From a virus (taxonomy: Duplodnaviria > Caudoviricetes), in IMG/VR virus record IMGVR_UViG_3300043394_000365, positions 1 through 43,924 of that record: DNA of 43,924 nt, one strand, 5' to 3'. This document shows positions 18,842 to 28,700 of the stretch, in pieces (positions within the stretch are counted from its first letter, which is position 1; each line of letters begins with the position of its first letter). The notes beneath the pieces were generated by a model. That model was not told the DNA's origin and did no database searches. It worked only from the letters and a program-made list of their open reading frames with translations. The position numbers and the translations under genes are program-made.

Positions 18842-19539
18842 GTTGCCGCGTTGACGTGCGGCCCTGGATCCCCGGGGCCTGCCTGGTCGGCGACACCGGG
18901 CTGGGCGTGCTGGGCAGCGAGGTGCCTTCTACCGGCGTGGACGGCCCGCCCTTCGGGTACGCCGATCTCGAGCTCCCGGCCGACGCGACTGCAGAAGTGC
19001 GCTGGCTGGTCCTGCGCTGGCCGGCCGCCGGCGTGCTCACCGTGCGCGAGAACAGTTCCTTCGTGTTCGACGCCACCGGCATCCCGGCGGGCCGGTACTT
19101 CTTCGACGTGGAGGGCTACCGCGACGGTGTGCTACGCGGCACCAAGCGCGTGTACCTGCTGGCCGGCCCGCAGCCCACGCTGATCGAGCAACTTCACACC
19201 GAGCTCAACACGCTGGCCGCCGGCAGTTCCTGGTATTCGGTCAACGAAGCGCAGGCGTCGAGCACGGAAGACCCGTATCCCTTCATCGTGGTGCAGCGTG
19301 TCGGTGGCGACCCGAACGCCACCATGGACGGCATCAGCGAACTGCAGAACACGCGCATCCAGATCGACATTCACGCGCGCACCATCCTGCAGGCCGACAC
19401 GATCCGGCGCCAGGTGGAAGACGCCATGGCGGTGTGGACGCTGCAGAACGTGCCTCTCTCAAGCCTGGATCTCTTCGACGAAGCGGCGCGCGTGCACCGC
19501 GTGGTTTTGGACTACAGCATCTGGTCGATACGCGGCTGA
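18838..19539 (+). CDS. Tail terminator (DUF3168-like) fused to an extra N-terminal domain
   Basis: C-terminal PYPFIVVQRVGG..NTRIQIDIHA..HRVVLDYSIW; sits just before the tail tube; ~112 extra N-terminal aa. Confidence 0.8.
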   Translation: MSCRVDVRPWIPGACLVGDTGLGVLGSEVPSTGVDGPPFGYADLELPADATAEVRWLVLRWPAAGVLTVRENSSFVFDATGIPAGRYFFDVEGYRDGVLRGTKRVYLLAGPQPTLIEQLHTELNTLAAGSSWYSVNEAQASSTEDPYPFIVVQRVGGDPNATMDGISELQNTRIQIDIHARTILQADTIRRQVEDAMAVWTLQNVPLSSLDLFDEAARVHRVVLDYSIWSIRG

Positions 19540-19566
19540 CCCGCTGACCGTTTCCTTTCACAACCC

Positions 19567-19598
19567 GCCCGCCCGGCAGATCGCTCGGCGGGCTTTTT
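19567..19598 (+). terminator. Intrinsic terminator before tail tube gene
   Basis: GCCCGCC...GGCGGGC followed by TTTTT. Confidence 0.65.
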
Positions 19599-19613
19599 CA
19601 TTGGAGCGTCATC

Positions 19614-20264
19614 ATGACTCGTAGCACGGGGTTCAGCACCCAAGGTTCGCAGCTGGCCATCGAAACCACGCCAGGTTCGCCCATCAGCGTCACTGGCATC
19701 ACCAAGGCCGCAGCTGCCGTGGTGACCGCCACGAACACGCTTGTGGTGGGAGACGAAGTGGAGTTCGGCGCCATCGCCGGCATGCCTGAGATCCTGGGCC
19801 TGATCGGCGTGGTGACGGTGGCGTCTGGCTCTTCGTTCACCGTCAACATCGACAGCAGCGGTTTTGCCACCGTGGGCACCACTGGCACCGCTGCCAAGAA
19901 GAACTGGCTGCGCATCGCCAACGCCAAGGACTTCGACGGCTTCAACGGCAGCGCCACCGAGATCGACAAAACTCACATGGAAAGCGACGCCATGGAGTAC
20001 GACAAGGGCCTGGAAGACTTCGGCACGTTCACGTTCAACGCGGACACCGACGGCGCCGATCCGGGCCAGGTCGCGCTGCGCGCTGCAAAGCGGCTGACCG
20101 GTGCATCGGCCACCAAGGCCTTCCGCCTGCTGTACCCCGGCACCAGCGGCAAGCGTCTGTTCAAGGGCTTCGTCAAGAAGTTCAGCGAAGCCGGCGGCAC
20201 CAACGCCGTGGCGCGCAGCGCTGGCGAAATCCGCATCACCGGCACCGTCAACTTCTACCCCTGA
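19614..20264 (+). CDS. Major tail tube protein with FCCH-like insertion
   Basis: QGSQLAI, EIDKTHMES..GLEDFG, DPGQVAL, FKGFV, IRITG motifs; GGAG RBS. Confidence 0.9.
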   Translation: MTRSTGFSTQGSQLAIETTPGSPISVTGITKAAAAVVTATNTLVVGDEVEFGAIAGMPEILGLIGVVTVASGSSFTVNIDSSGFATVGTTGTAAKKNWLRIANAKDFDGFNGSATEIDKTHMESDAMEYDKGLEDFGTFTFNADTDGADPGQVALRAAKRLTGASATKAFRLLYPGTSGKRLFKGFVKKFSEAGGTNAVARSAGEIRITGTVNFYP

Positions 20265-20276
20265 TCGGAGCGCTGC

Positions 20277-20792
20277 ATGAGGGCGCCGATCTCGGCTGAA
20301 GAAGCCGGCCGATGTCTTGTGTACGACCCTGAGAGCGGAACACTTACTCGAAGAATTGACTCTACATCCCACAACGGGGCAGTTGCGGCCAAGGCTGGAG
20401 ACGCCGCCGGATACATCAACGACCGAGGCTATGTGTGCGTTTCAGTGATGGGCAAGGAGTACCGAGCTCACCGCTTGGCATGGGCGATCTACTACGGTTC
20501 GTGGCCTGCTGCGAATGTTCAGTTAGACCACATCAACGGCATCAGAAGCGACAACCGAATCGTCAATCTGAGACTGGCCACCAATCGCCAGAACAGCCAA
20601 AACGAGCGACAAGCGCGCACGACAAACAGAACCGGCTTTCTCGGCGTCAGCCGACATAGAGACGGTCGGTTCAGGGCTCGGATCGTGGTCGACGGCAAAG
20701 AGCGTTCTTTGGGCATCCACGGCACCGCACGGAAGGCCCATGCGGCATACGTTCAAGCCAAGAGGCTTGTGCACCCTTACTCAACAATCTGA
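20277..20792 (+). CDS. Free-standing HNH endonuclease with AP2-like C-terminal domain
   Basis: YRAHRLAW, DHINGIRSDNRIVNLR, GFLGV..FRARI..LG..A..AY; visibly lower GC than flanks. Confidence 0.92.
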   Translation: MRAPISAEEAGRCLVYDPESGTLTRRIDSTSHNGAVAAKAGDAAGYINDRGYVCVSVMGKEYRAHRLAWAIYYGSWPAANVQLDHINGIRSDNRIVNLRLATNRQNSQNERQARTTNRTGFLGVSRHRDGRFRARIVVDGKERSLGIHGTARKAHAAYVQAKRLVHPYSTI

Positions 20793-20800
20793 GGAACTCG

Positions 20801-21151
20801 ATGAAACTGCTGAACAAGCAAGCGATCCTTTCCGCTGACGACCTCAAGAGCGTCGATGTGGAAGTTTCTGAATGGGGCGGATCCGTTCGCGTGCGCACGA
20901 TGACGGGCACGCAGCGCGAGGCTTTTGGCTCTGCGCTGGCCGGCGACGACGGCAAGGCCGACATGGGCACCTTCCGCGTGAAGCTGGTGGTGGCGTGCGC
21001 GGTGGGTGAAGACGGCGAGCCGCTGTTCACGTTCGACGACGTGCACGCGCTCAGCCAGAAGAGCGGCGCCGCGTTGGATCGCGTGTTCAGCGTGGCCAGC
21101 AAGCTGAACGGCATGGCCGCCGACAGCGTGGAGACAGCGCAGGGAAACTGA
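20801..21151 (+). CDS. Tail assembly chaperone (gpG-like)
   Basis: VEVSEWGGSVRVR..DGEPLF; ends in GN at a slippery site. Confidence 0.88.
   Translation: MKLLNKQAILSADDLKSVDVEVSEWGGSVRVRTMTGTQREAFGSALAGDDGKADMGTFRVKLVVACAVGEDGEPLFTFDDVHALSQKSGAALDRVFSVASKLNGMAADSVETAQGN
21142..21148 (+). other. -1 ribosomal frameshift heptamer G GGA AAC
   Basis: XXXYYYZ directly before the gpG stop; the -1 frame is open to 21501. Confidence 0.88.
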
Positions 21152-21501
21152 TCGCGCGGCCCGAACGCCGCTTCGTGCTGCGCTGGGCCCTGGCCATCGG
21201 GCGCACGCCGCGCGAGCTCTTGGCTTCGGTGACCAGCGCGGAGATGACCGAGATGATGGCTTTCGACCAGCTGGAGCCGTTCGGATCCCTGGCCGACGAG
21301 TTCCGACTCGGCCAGATCGCTGCGGTGGTGGCCAACGTCAACCGCAACGAAGAGCGCCGGCCCGAACCGTTCACCGCTGCAGACTTCATGCCGGCGCTGG
21401 CAGCCGCCCGAGAGCGCGCCAACAGGCCGCCCGAGGACGAGACGCCAGAACAGACCATGGCGCGGCTTGACCGCAAGCTATTCGACGCGCACAGGGGGTG
21501 A
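21142..21501 (+). CDS. gpT-like extension of chaperone (gpGT fusion)
   Basis: -1 frame reads ..RRFVLRWALAIGRTPRELL..EPFG..ADFMP. Confidence 0.85.
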   Translation, partial: GKLIARPERRFVLRWALAIGRTPRELLASVTSAEMTEMMAFDQLEPFGSLADEFRLGQIAAVVANVNRNEERRPEPFTAADFMPALAAARERANRPPEDETPEQTMARLDRKLFDAHRG

Positions 21502-21504
21502 TCC

Positions 21505-22092
21505 ATGGCCGACGGTATGACCTTCGAGATGGTGGGCATGGAAGAGTTCTTGCGCGAGATCCGCATGCTGCCCACCAGCATCCGCACGCGCGTGCTCAAG
21601 GGTGCGGTGGCCACCGGCGCCGCGGTGATGCGCAAGGATGCCGTGGCGCGTGCACCGATCTTCAGCGGCAAGGTGGCCAGGGGCCATCCGCCGCCCGGCA
21701 CGCTGAAGAGGTCGATCTACCAGACCCGCATGACGCAGCTTTGCAGCGACACGCAAGAGGTCTGGAAAGTTGACGTGCGGCGCGGCAAGTCTGCGATCGC
21801 CACGCGCGGCAAGAACAAGGGCCAGCGGATCCTGGGCCAAGACGCCTTCTATGCCATGTGGGTGGAGTACGGCCACTACGCGCGCACGCCCGGCACGTCG
21901 AAGAAGGAACACGCGCGCCTGCGCGGCGGTGTCGACCTGTACACCGGTAGCAAGTGGGTGCCGGCCCAGCCATTCATGCGCCCGGCTTTCACGGCCACGC
22001 AAAGCGCTGTTCTCGCGGCCATGGGGAACTACATCGACAACAACCTGAAAGACGCGGTGGCAGCGATGCGATACGTGAGGGCACTGGCATGA
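21505..22092 (+). CDS. HK97 gp10-like tail completion protein
   Basis: PGTLKRSI, AFYAMWVEYG, PAQPFMRPAF motifs. Confidence 0.88.
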   Translation: MADGMTFEMVGMEEFLREIRMLPTSIRTRVLKGAVATGAAVMRKDAVARAPIFSGKVARGHPPPGTLKRSIYQTRMTQLCSDTQEVWKVDVRRGKSAIATRGKNKGQRILGQDAFYAMWVEYGHYARTPGTSKKEHARLRGGVDLYTGSKWVPAQPFMRPAFTATQSAVLAAMGNYIDNNLKDAVAAMRYVRALA

Positions 22093-24077
22093 GCGGCGCG
22101 AACGCGGGCAACCTGGTTGCTCTGTTCAAGATCGACAGCACCGGCGCGCAAGCGTCGATGACCGCGGCCGAGATCACCACGGCCAAGGCGCTGGAGAGCA
22201 TGAAGCGGCAGTTCATCGCCGTGTCTGCGCGCGTCAAGGAGCTCGAGGGCGGCACCAAGTCGCTGAATGCGAACCTGAACATGGCCAAGGCCACGCAAGA
22301 GGTGCGCAACTTCGGCCAGGCGGCAGAGCTCAGCGGCAAGCAGTTGTCGCGCGCCAACCAGATGCTGCCGGCGCAGATCAGCGACATCGTGGTCAGCCTG
22401 GCCAGCGGGCAGCAGGCATGGCTGGTGGCCATCCAGCAAGGTGCGCAGATCAAGGACAGCTACGGTGGCATCGCAAACGCTGCCAGGGCTCTGGCGAGCG
22501 CCTTCTCGTTCACGCGTCTGGCGATCGGTGGTGTCGTCGGCGTTCTGGCTGGCGCCGCCGCCGGCTTCTACCAGGGCTACAAGGATTCGCTGGCGCTGCG
22601 CGATGCCTTGGCTTTGACCGGCAACGCTGCAGGCCTGACCGCCGATCGGTACGCCGCCTTCGCGCAGCGCGTGGCGCAGGTGTCTGGCCAGACCGTCGGC
22701 GCGTCGAAGGAGATCCTTCTCACGCTGGCCACCACGGGCCGCACCAGCGTCGACGTGATCGAAGGCCAGGCGGCCGCCATCGCCCGCATCGCTGACTTGA
22801 GCGGAAAGGACGGCGCCAAGATCGCCGAGCGCTTCTCTGCGCAGCTGAAGGCGCCGGCCAAGTTCGCCGCGGAGCTCAACGAGCAATACAACTTTCTGAA
22901 CATCGCCCAGTTCAAGCGCATCCAGTTGCTTGAGAAAGAGGGCAAAGAAGTCGAGGCTGCGAAGGTCACGAACGACCTGCTGTTGGCCGCGCTTGCAGAT
23001 CAGCGAAAGAACCTGGGTTACCTGGAATCGTCGCTTGAGACGGTCACCAAGAAGTGGTCCGAGTTCTGGAATGCAGTGAAGGGCCTTGGCACAGACAAGG
23101 GCCCCGGCAACGCGTTGTCCAGCGTGCGATCGGACATCGACAAAATCCTCAGCGCCAGCGGCGGCAAGGATCCGTCGCCAGGCAACGCTTCATTTATGCG
23201 GCTGCAGCAGCTGCGCACGCAAGAAATGCTGCTGGTGGGAGAGGTTCGCCGCCAAGCGGAAGCCGCCGATCAGGCAAGCCGCGCTGCCCAAGAGAACCGC
23301 GAGAAGATCGAAAAGGCCATGGGCGGCAAGGACAAGCCGGCCCCTACGTTCGCCGGTGCAATTCAATCTGCGCGCGAGCAGTACCGAAACGACTTCGGCC
23401 GGTCTGAGATCGAGTCCTATGCCGAGATCGAGAAGGCCCAACGAGACGCCGCCGAGCGGGCCGCGAAAGACGCATGGGAAATCGAGAAGAAGAACATCGA
23501 GCAGATGTATCGCGACGAGGCTGAGCTCCGCGAGAAAGAAGTCGCAGCTGCCAAGAAGCACCAGGCCGAACTGGCCAAGCACGGCCAGGATCAGGTCAAG
23601 TCGTTTGAAGACAGCGTGATGACCTTGGTGCGCAACGGCAAGGATGGGTTCAAAGACCTGTTCAACACCATGGCCGAAGAGTTCATCCGCAACATGATCC
23701 GCATGGCCGCACAGAAGACCATGCTGGACAGCAACGGCGCATTCGTGGGCTGGGGCCAGTCCTTTTCAAACGCATGGGGTTCGGCTGCCAAGTGGTTCGG
23801 CGGCTCAACCATGGATGGCAGCGGATGGACCGGTGAGCACGCTGGGGGCCTGGACTACGTTCCCTATGACGGCTACCCGGCCATGCTTCACAAGGGCGAG
23901 CGCGTGCAGCGCGCCGTCGAAGCCAACAGCGACCGCGCACGCGGATCAAGCGCGCCTGTGCAGCACGTCGACAACCGCGTGATCGTGCAAGGCGATGTCG
24001 GCGCGAAGGCGCTTCGTGCTGTGCGCATGGGGCAGAACATGCAGGCTGCCCGCATGGCCAGCGCAGAGAGGTACTGA
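22089..24077 (+). CDS. Tape measure protein (662 aa)
   Basis: Lambda-family LPAQISDIVVSLASGQ..QQGAQIKDSYGG and ALTGNAAG motifs; helical; C-terminal HAGGLDYVPYDGY..LHKGERV; ATGA overlap start. Confidence 0.93.
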   Translation: MSGANAGNLVALFKIDSTGAQASMTAAEITTAKALESMKRQFIAVSARVKELEGGTKSLNANLNMAKATQEVRNFGQAAELSGKQLSRANQMLPAQISDIVVSLASGQQAWLVAIQQGAQIKDSYGGIANAARALASAFSFTRLAIGGVVGVLAGAAAGFYQGYKDSLALRDALALTGNAAGLTADRYAAFAQRVAQVSGQTVGASKEILLTLATTGRTSVDVIEGQAAAIARIADLSGKDGAKIAERFSAQLKAPAKFAAELNEQYNFLNIAQFKRIQLLEKEGKEVEAAKVTNDLLLAALADQRKNLGYLESSLETVTKKWSEFWNAVKGLGTDKGPGNALSSVRSDIDKILSASGGKDPSPGNASFMRLQQLRTQEMLLVGEVRRQAEAADQASRAAQENREKIEKAMGGKDKPAPTFAGAIQSAREQYRNDFGRSEIESYAEIEKAQRDAAERAAKDAWEIEKKNIEQMYRDEAELREKEVAAAKKHQAELAKHGQDQVKSFEDSVMTLVRNGKDGFKDLFNTMAEEFIRNMIRMAAQKTMLDSNGAFVGWGQSFSNAWGSAAKWFGGSTMDGSGWTGEHAGGLDYVPYDGYPAMLHKGERVQRAVEANSDRARGSSAPVQHVDNRVIVQGDVGAKALRAVRMGQNMQAARMASAERY

Positions 24078-24080
24078 ACC

Positions 24081-25166
24081 ATGGCAATCATCGAGACGGC
24101 TTCGCTGCCGTGGTTCACCTCTGCGCGCTTCTCTCTTGGGCTTGACGTGAGTGAGTCCGGGTTCAAGGGCTTCTATACCGGCAACAGTCAGAACTCGAGC
24201 ACTCTGTCAGATCGCATGACGGGATTGCTCACGCTGCCCGGAAGCAACGACACGCTTGTCCAAGGCGCGCGCGAGGCGCTGCTGTTCCAACTGCGCAGCA
24301 GGCGTGACTATCTGCGCATGGGGATGCCGCAGCGCCCCACCAGGCTTGGCGACTTGGCCGGTGCACCAACAACGCTTGGCGCAGCCCTCGCTGGCGCGCG
24401 CACGCTGACCATCACGGGCGGCTACGGCACAAACCTGCTGCTGAACCCGAGCTTCGAGCGGGCAAGCATTGGCCCGTGGACGGTTGTTGGCGGCACGGTT
24501 GCCACTGTTCGGTCGACCGACACACAGGTGGTGCAGGGGCACAGCGTCAAGGTCGACAACTCAACGGCTGGTGCAGATCACCACCTGCGGCAACTCTTCA
24601 GCTGCAAGCCTTCTACGGCCTACACGTTGTCGGCCTTTGTCTACAACCACAGCGTTACCGCGGGAGCCGTCGACAACCGCAGCATCTCGCTTTCTGACAT
24701 CCCGCTGGTGGCCTACGCGCAAGACGCCACTCTCACAGCTGCGCATCCGCAGTTTGTGTGGACTCTGAAGTACATCACCATCGTCACCGGCCCTTCTGCG
24801 ACGCAGGTGGATGTGCGCCTGTACGCGCCTCAAGGGCGCGTGTATTGGGATGCCGTGCAGTTGGTAGAAGGAGCGATTCCGAAGCCCAGTTTCTTTGAGG
24901 CGCCAACGCTGCTGCCTGGTGACCTGTTCAGCATTGGCGGCAACCTTCTGCACGTTGCTCTGCCAGGGTCTTCGCGGGACTCAAACGACGACATCACGGT
25001 GCCACTTTCGATACCGCTGCCGAAAGCGGTGGTGTCGGGGTCTTCTGTTGTTTGGAACGCGCCGCAAGGTCTGTGGGAATGGGACGGCGATGCGCCCGAA
25101 TTCGACTACAGCCCCGGGCGGCTTCAGGGAGCACTTGTCATCCCGCTGCGCCAGGTGATCGCGTGA
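24081..25166 (+). CDS. Distal tail (Dit)-like protein with inserted carbohydrate-binding module
   Basis: First gene after TMP; internal NLLLNPSFE..W..PSTAYTLSAFV..W..YWDAVQLVEG (CBM4/9-like). Confidence 0.72.
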   Translation: MAIIETASLPWFTSARFSLGLDVSESGFKGFYTGNSQNSSTLSDRMTGLLTLPGSNDTLVQGAREALLFQLRSRRDYLRMGMPQRPTRLGDLAGAPTTLGAALAGARTLTITGGYGTNLLLNPSFERASIGPWTVVGGTVATVRSTDTQVVQGHSVKVDNSTAGADHHLRQLFSCKPSTAYTLSAFVYNHSVTAGAVDNRSISLSDIPLVAYAQDATLTAAHPQFVWTLKYITIVTGPSATQVDVRLYAPQGRVYWDAVQLVEGAIPKPSFFEAPTLLPGDLFSIGGNLLHVALPGSSRDSNDDITVPLSIPLPKAVVSGSSVVWNAPQGLWEWDGDAPEFDYSPGRLQGALVIPLRQVIA

Positions 25167-25738
25167 GGGCACTCAACGTAGACGCGCAGGCCCTGAAGGC
25201 GCGCGCGATCGCGGGGGAGAAGATCCCGATTCACGTCCTGGTGTTCTTCGACCTGCCCGTGCCGCAGCGCTGGGCCGTCGGCGGCACACCGCTGGTGTGG
25301 GATGGGCACACGTGGGACGCGCAGGACATGCTGATCGACGCCATCAGCGACGACGTGGCGCAACCCAGCGGCTTGCGCTTCACGCTGCCGGCTGTGACCG
25401 AAAGCCAGATTGCGCTGGCCGTCGACGACGACGTTGAGGGGTCCGAGGTGGAGGTCTACATGGCCTTCGTCGATCCGGCTGACGGATCGGTCGCCGACGC
25501 CATCCTGGTGTGGGCCGGCGAACTGGACATCCCGGGCTGGCAAGACGGCCCCGAGGCGCTGGCGCACTTCACCGCAGAGCACCGCGGCACCATCGCCATG
25601 CGATCGCGCCCGCAGCGCTACACGAACAGCGAACAGCAGCGGCTCTTGCCTGGCGACACAAGCCTGGCATTCGACCCGGCCACCGACGGCGCGCCGCTGG
25701 TGTGGCCTGGCCAAAGCTACTTCAAGGTGCAGGAATGA
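25163..25738 (+). CDS. Tail tip/hub protein (gpL-like)
   Basis: GTGA overlap start; WDGHTW, WAGELD, RYTNSEQQ..PGD pattern; position before J. Confidence 0.72.
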   Translation: MRALNVDAQALKARAIAGEKIPIHVLVFFDLPVPQRWAVGGTPLVWDGHTWDAQDMLIDAISDDVAQPSGLRFTLPAVTESQIALAVDDDVEGSEVEVYMAFVDPADGSVADAILVWAGELDIPGWQDGPEALAHFTAEHRGTIAMRSRPQRYTNSEQQRLLPGDTSLAFDPATDGAPLVWPGQSYFKVQE

Positions 25739-28700
25739 GCCGCTGGGGAAGTTTCTTCCGCATCGCCGGCGCGTACCTGGTCGGTGTCTACACCGGCAAC
25801 TGGGCGCTGCTGGCCAGTCAACTGGCAGCCGAAGAGGGCCGCCGCAAGCGAGACAGCAACAACAAGCGAGCCCGGCGCGAGTTCAACGCGGCGCAGAAAG
25901 ACCGCTTGGAGATGGTCGACATCCAGCCCAGCGCGCCGCGCACGCTGTGCCTGGGCCGCGTGAGGCACGTCGAAGGCATCCGCCGGCGCTGGAGCAGCGG
26001 CGTGCACAAGGAGAAAGCCACGCTGATCGTGTCCTTCGCCGGCCACGAGATCGACGGCTATGAGCAGTGGTATCTGGATGACCTGCCCGTCACGCTGGAC
26101 GTGGACGGCTACGTTCAGGAAAGCAGCCTTGGCACCGGCACTGGCTACACCACGAACACCAGCGGCTATGCCATCGGCGCCACCAGCATCGGGCTGATCA
26201 CCGGCAGCGGCACGATCCTGGCCGGCGACACGGTGCGCTTCAACGGCGACTCCACCTACTACACCGTGGCCACCGGCATCACCGGGCCCGGCACCTTGGT
26301 GCTGGGTGGCACCGGGCTGCGCAAGGCGATCGCGGCATCCGCCGTCACCGTCGAAGTGGTGAAGTCGCCATTCGCGCGGCCGACGCGCGCGCAGGTGATG
26401 CAGTACGCCACCTACGTGAGCGGCACGCTGCCAGTCACACTGAGCGAACCTGCGCTGGCCGGCACGGTGAACGTGTTGGCGTCGGACGGCACCGCTGGTG
26501 AGGCGCTTGTCGCGACCCTGACGGAAGGAGTGGACTTCACGGTCAGCGGCACTGCATTGAGCATCACCAGTTCGCCGCATCCGAACATCACGATCACTTT
26601 CACCTCGGGCCAGTCGATCAAGGCCGTGCGAATCCGCCCGTACCTTGGCACCGCCACGCAGAACGTGGGCGGTGACCTGGCCGCCGAGTACCCCGGCTTC
26701 ATCACCAGCGCGGACAAGTTCGCCGGCATCGCCCTGGCGGTGGTGGACTTCATCTACAACCCCGACAGCTTCCCGCAGAGCTTCCCCACGGTGGCGCCCG
26801 TGTTCCGCGGCGCCAAGTGCTACGACCCTCGCAAGGACAGCACCTACCCTGGCGGCAGCGGCGCGCATCGCCTGGCAGATCCGTCGACGTGGGAGTTCAC
26901 CGAGAACCCTTCGCTGCACCTGCAGCGCTACATCACCTGGTACAGCGGCCTGAACCTTCGGACGAAGGACTACAGCATGGCCGACGTGTTCAGCGAGGCA
27001 AACGTCTGCGCCGCGAGCACGGTGTTCACGCTCACCGCCACCGGCGGCGGCACCAGCACGGTCACGCTGCCGCTGTACAGCAGCGGCATCACCATCACGG
27101 CTGATACCGATCCGCGGCAGGGCCTGTCCGCCATCCTCGAAACGATGGCCGGCGACTACGGCTGGGCCGGCGGCATCTTCCGCTTCCGGGCCGGGCGCAT
27201 GGGCACGCCGGTATTCGCCATGGACACCAGTTGGCTGGTGCAAGGCGTCGACGACAGCGGAGAGCCCGACGGTGAAGCCGTGATCACCGCGGTGCAAGGC
27301 CTGCCGCGCGAGCAGCGCGTGAACCGCGTCACCGGCCGATGCGTCGACAGGGATCAGCGCTACCAGATGCTTCCGTTCCCCGACGTGGAAGACACGGTGC
27401 TGATCGCCGCCAAGGGTGAGCGACCCGAAGAGATTGACTTCGCTGGCGTGAACCACATCGCCCACGCGCAGCACCTTGGTTCCATCATGATCCGCGAAGC
27501 CCACGCGGGCCAGCGGCTTGAAGTGCGCTGCGGCTGGCAGGCCCTGGACCTGGAACTGTTCGACGTTGGCACGATCACGCACCCGCGCAGCGGCATGAGC
27601 GCCAAGACGCAAGAGGTGCGCGGCTGGCAGTGGAACCCGGCCGGCGACCCGTTCAAGGTGAAGCTGGCCGAGATCACGGCCGCCATGTTCGACGTGCAGA
27701 ACCCGCTGATCGGCCGCGACCCGGCGCCAGACAGCACGCTGCGCCGGCCGTGGGATGTCGAGCAACTTGGGGCCCTGACCGTCACCAGCGGCACCGCAGA
27801 GCTCGCCGACAGCGGCAGCATCGTGCAGCGCATGAAAGTGGCGTGGCCGGCCGTGGTGGGCGAAAACGTGCGCCAGGGTGGCGAGATCGAAGTCCAGTAC
27901 CACAACGCCTTGCAGCCGATGCCTGCCGGCGACTGGCCGAACTGGCCCGAGCAGGGCTACAGCACGTTCACCATCATCCCGGGCGTGCAGACCGGCAACG
28001 TGTACCTGGTGCGCGCGCGTGCGGTGCAGAAGATCCCGCTGGTGCGTGGGCAGTGGACACCGGTGGTGGTGCACAAGGTGGCCGCGATTCGCGGGCCCAC
28101 GATCTTCCGGCAGACCGCTGCGCCCAGCGGCGACGTGCAAGACGGTGACGAGTGGTTCGACACCGACGACGGCAACAAGCACTACGTGCGCGAAGGCGGG
28201 GCCTGGGTCAGCGTTCGCGACAGCGGCATTGCGCAGGCGCTGGCAGACGCGGCCGACGCTCAGGCTACCGCCGACGGCAAGATTGCCACGTTCTACCAAG
28301 CCAGCCCGCCCACTGCCGAAAGCGTGGGCGACATCTGGTTCGACACCGACGACGGCAACAAGCAATACCGCTGGAGCGGGTCGGCCTGGGTGCTGGCGGT
28401 TGACACGCGCATCGGCCAGGCCATCAGCGACGCGGCCGACGCGCAGGCCACGGCAGACGGCAAGGTCACCACGTTTGTGTCTGCCAGCGCACCGACGGCC
28501 GACGCCGTGGGCGACCTGTGGCTGGACAGCGACGATGGGAACAAGCTGTACCGGTGGAACGGGTCGGCCTGGGTGGCGCTGCCGGTGGGGACTGGCGGCC
28601 TCGGAATCGATGCGGCGACGACGACGTACGCTGATGAGACAGGCGCCGACAGCGTGAGCATCGGCAGCGGCGGCGGAACAAACTTCAAGAACGGCGCCAG

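Noticed and set aside
20265-20800. Group I intron carrying the HNH gene
   Set aside because: Both flanking genes are complete and only ~10 nt flank the ORF on each side
21505-22092. Displaced gp10-like gene as a novel rearrangement
   Set aside because: Tail-completion genes placed after the chaperones occur in other siphophages
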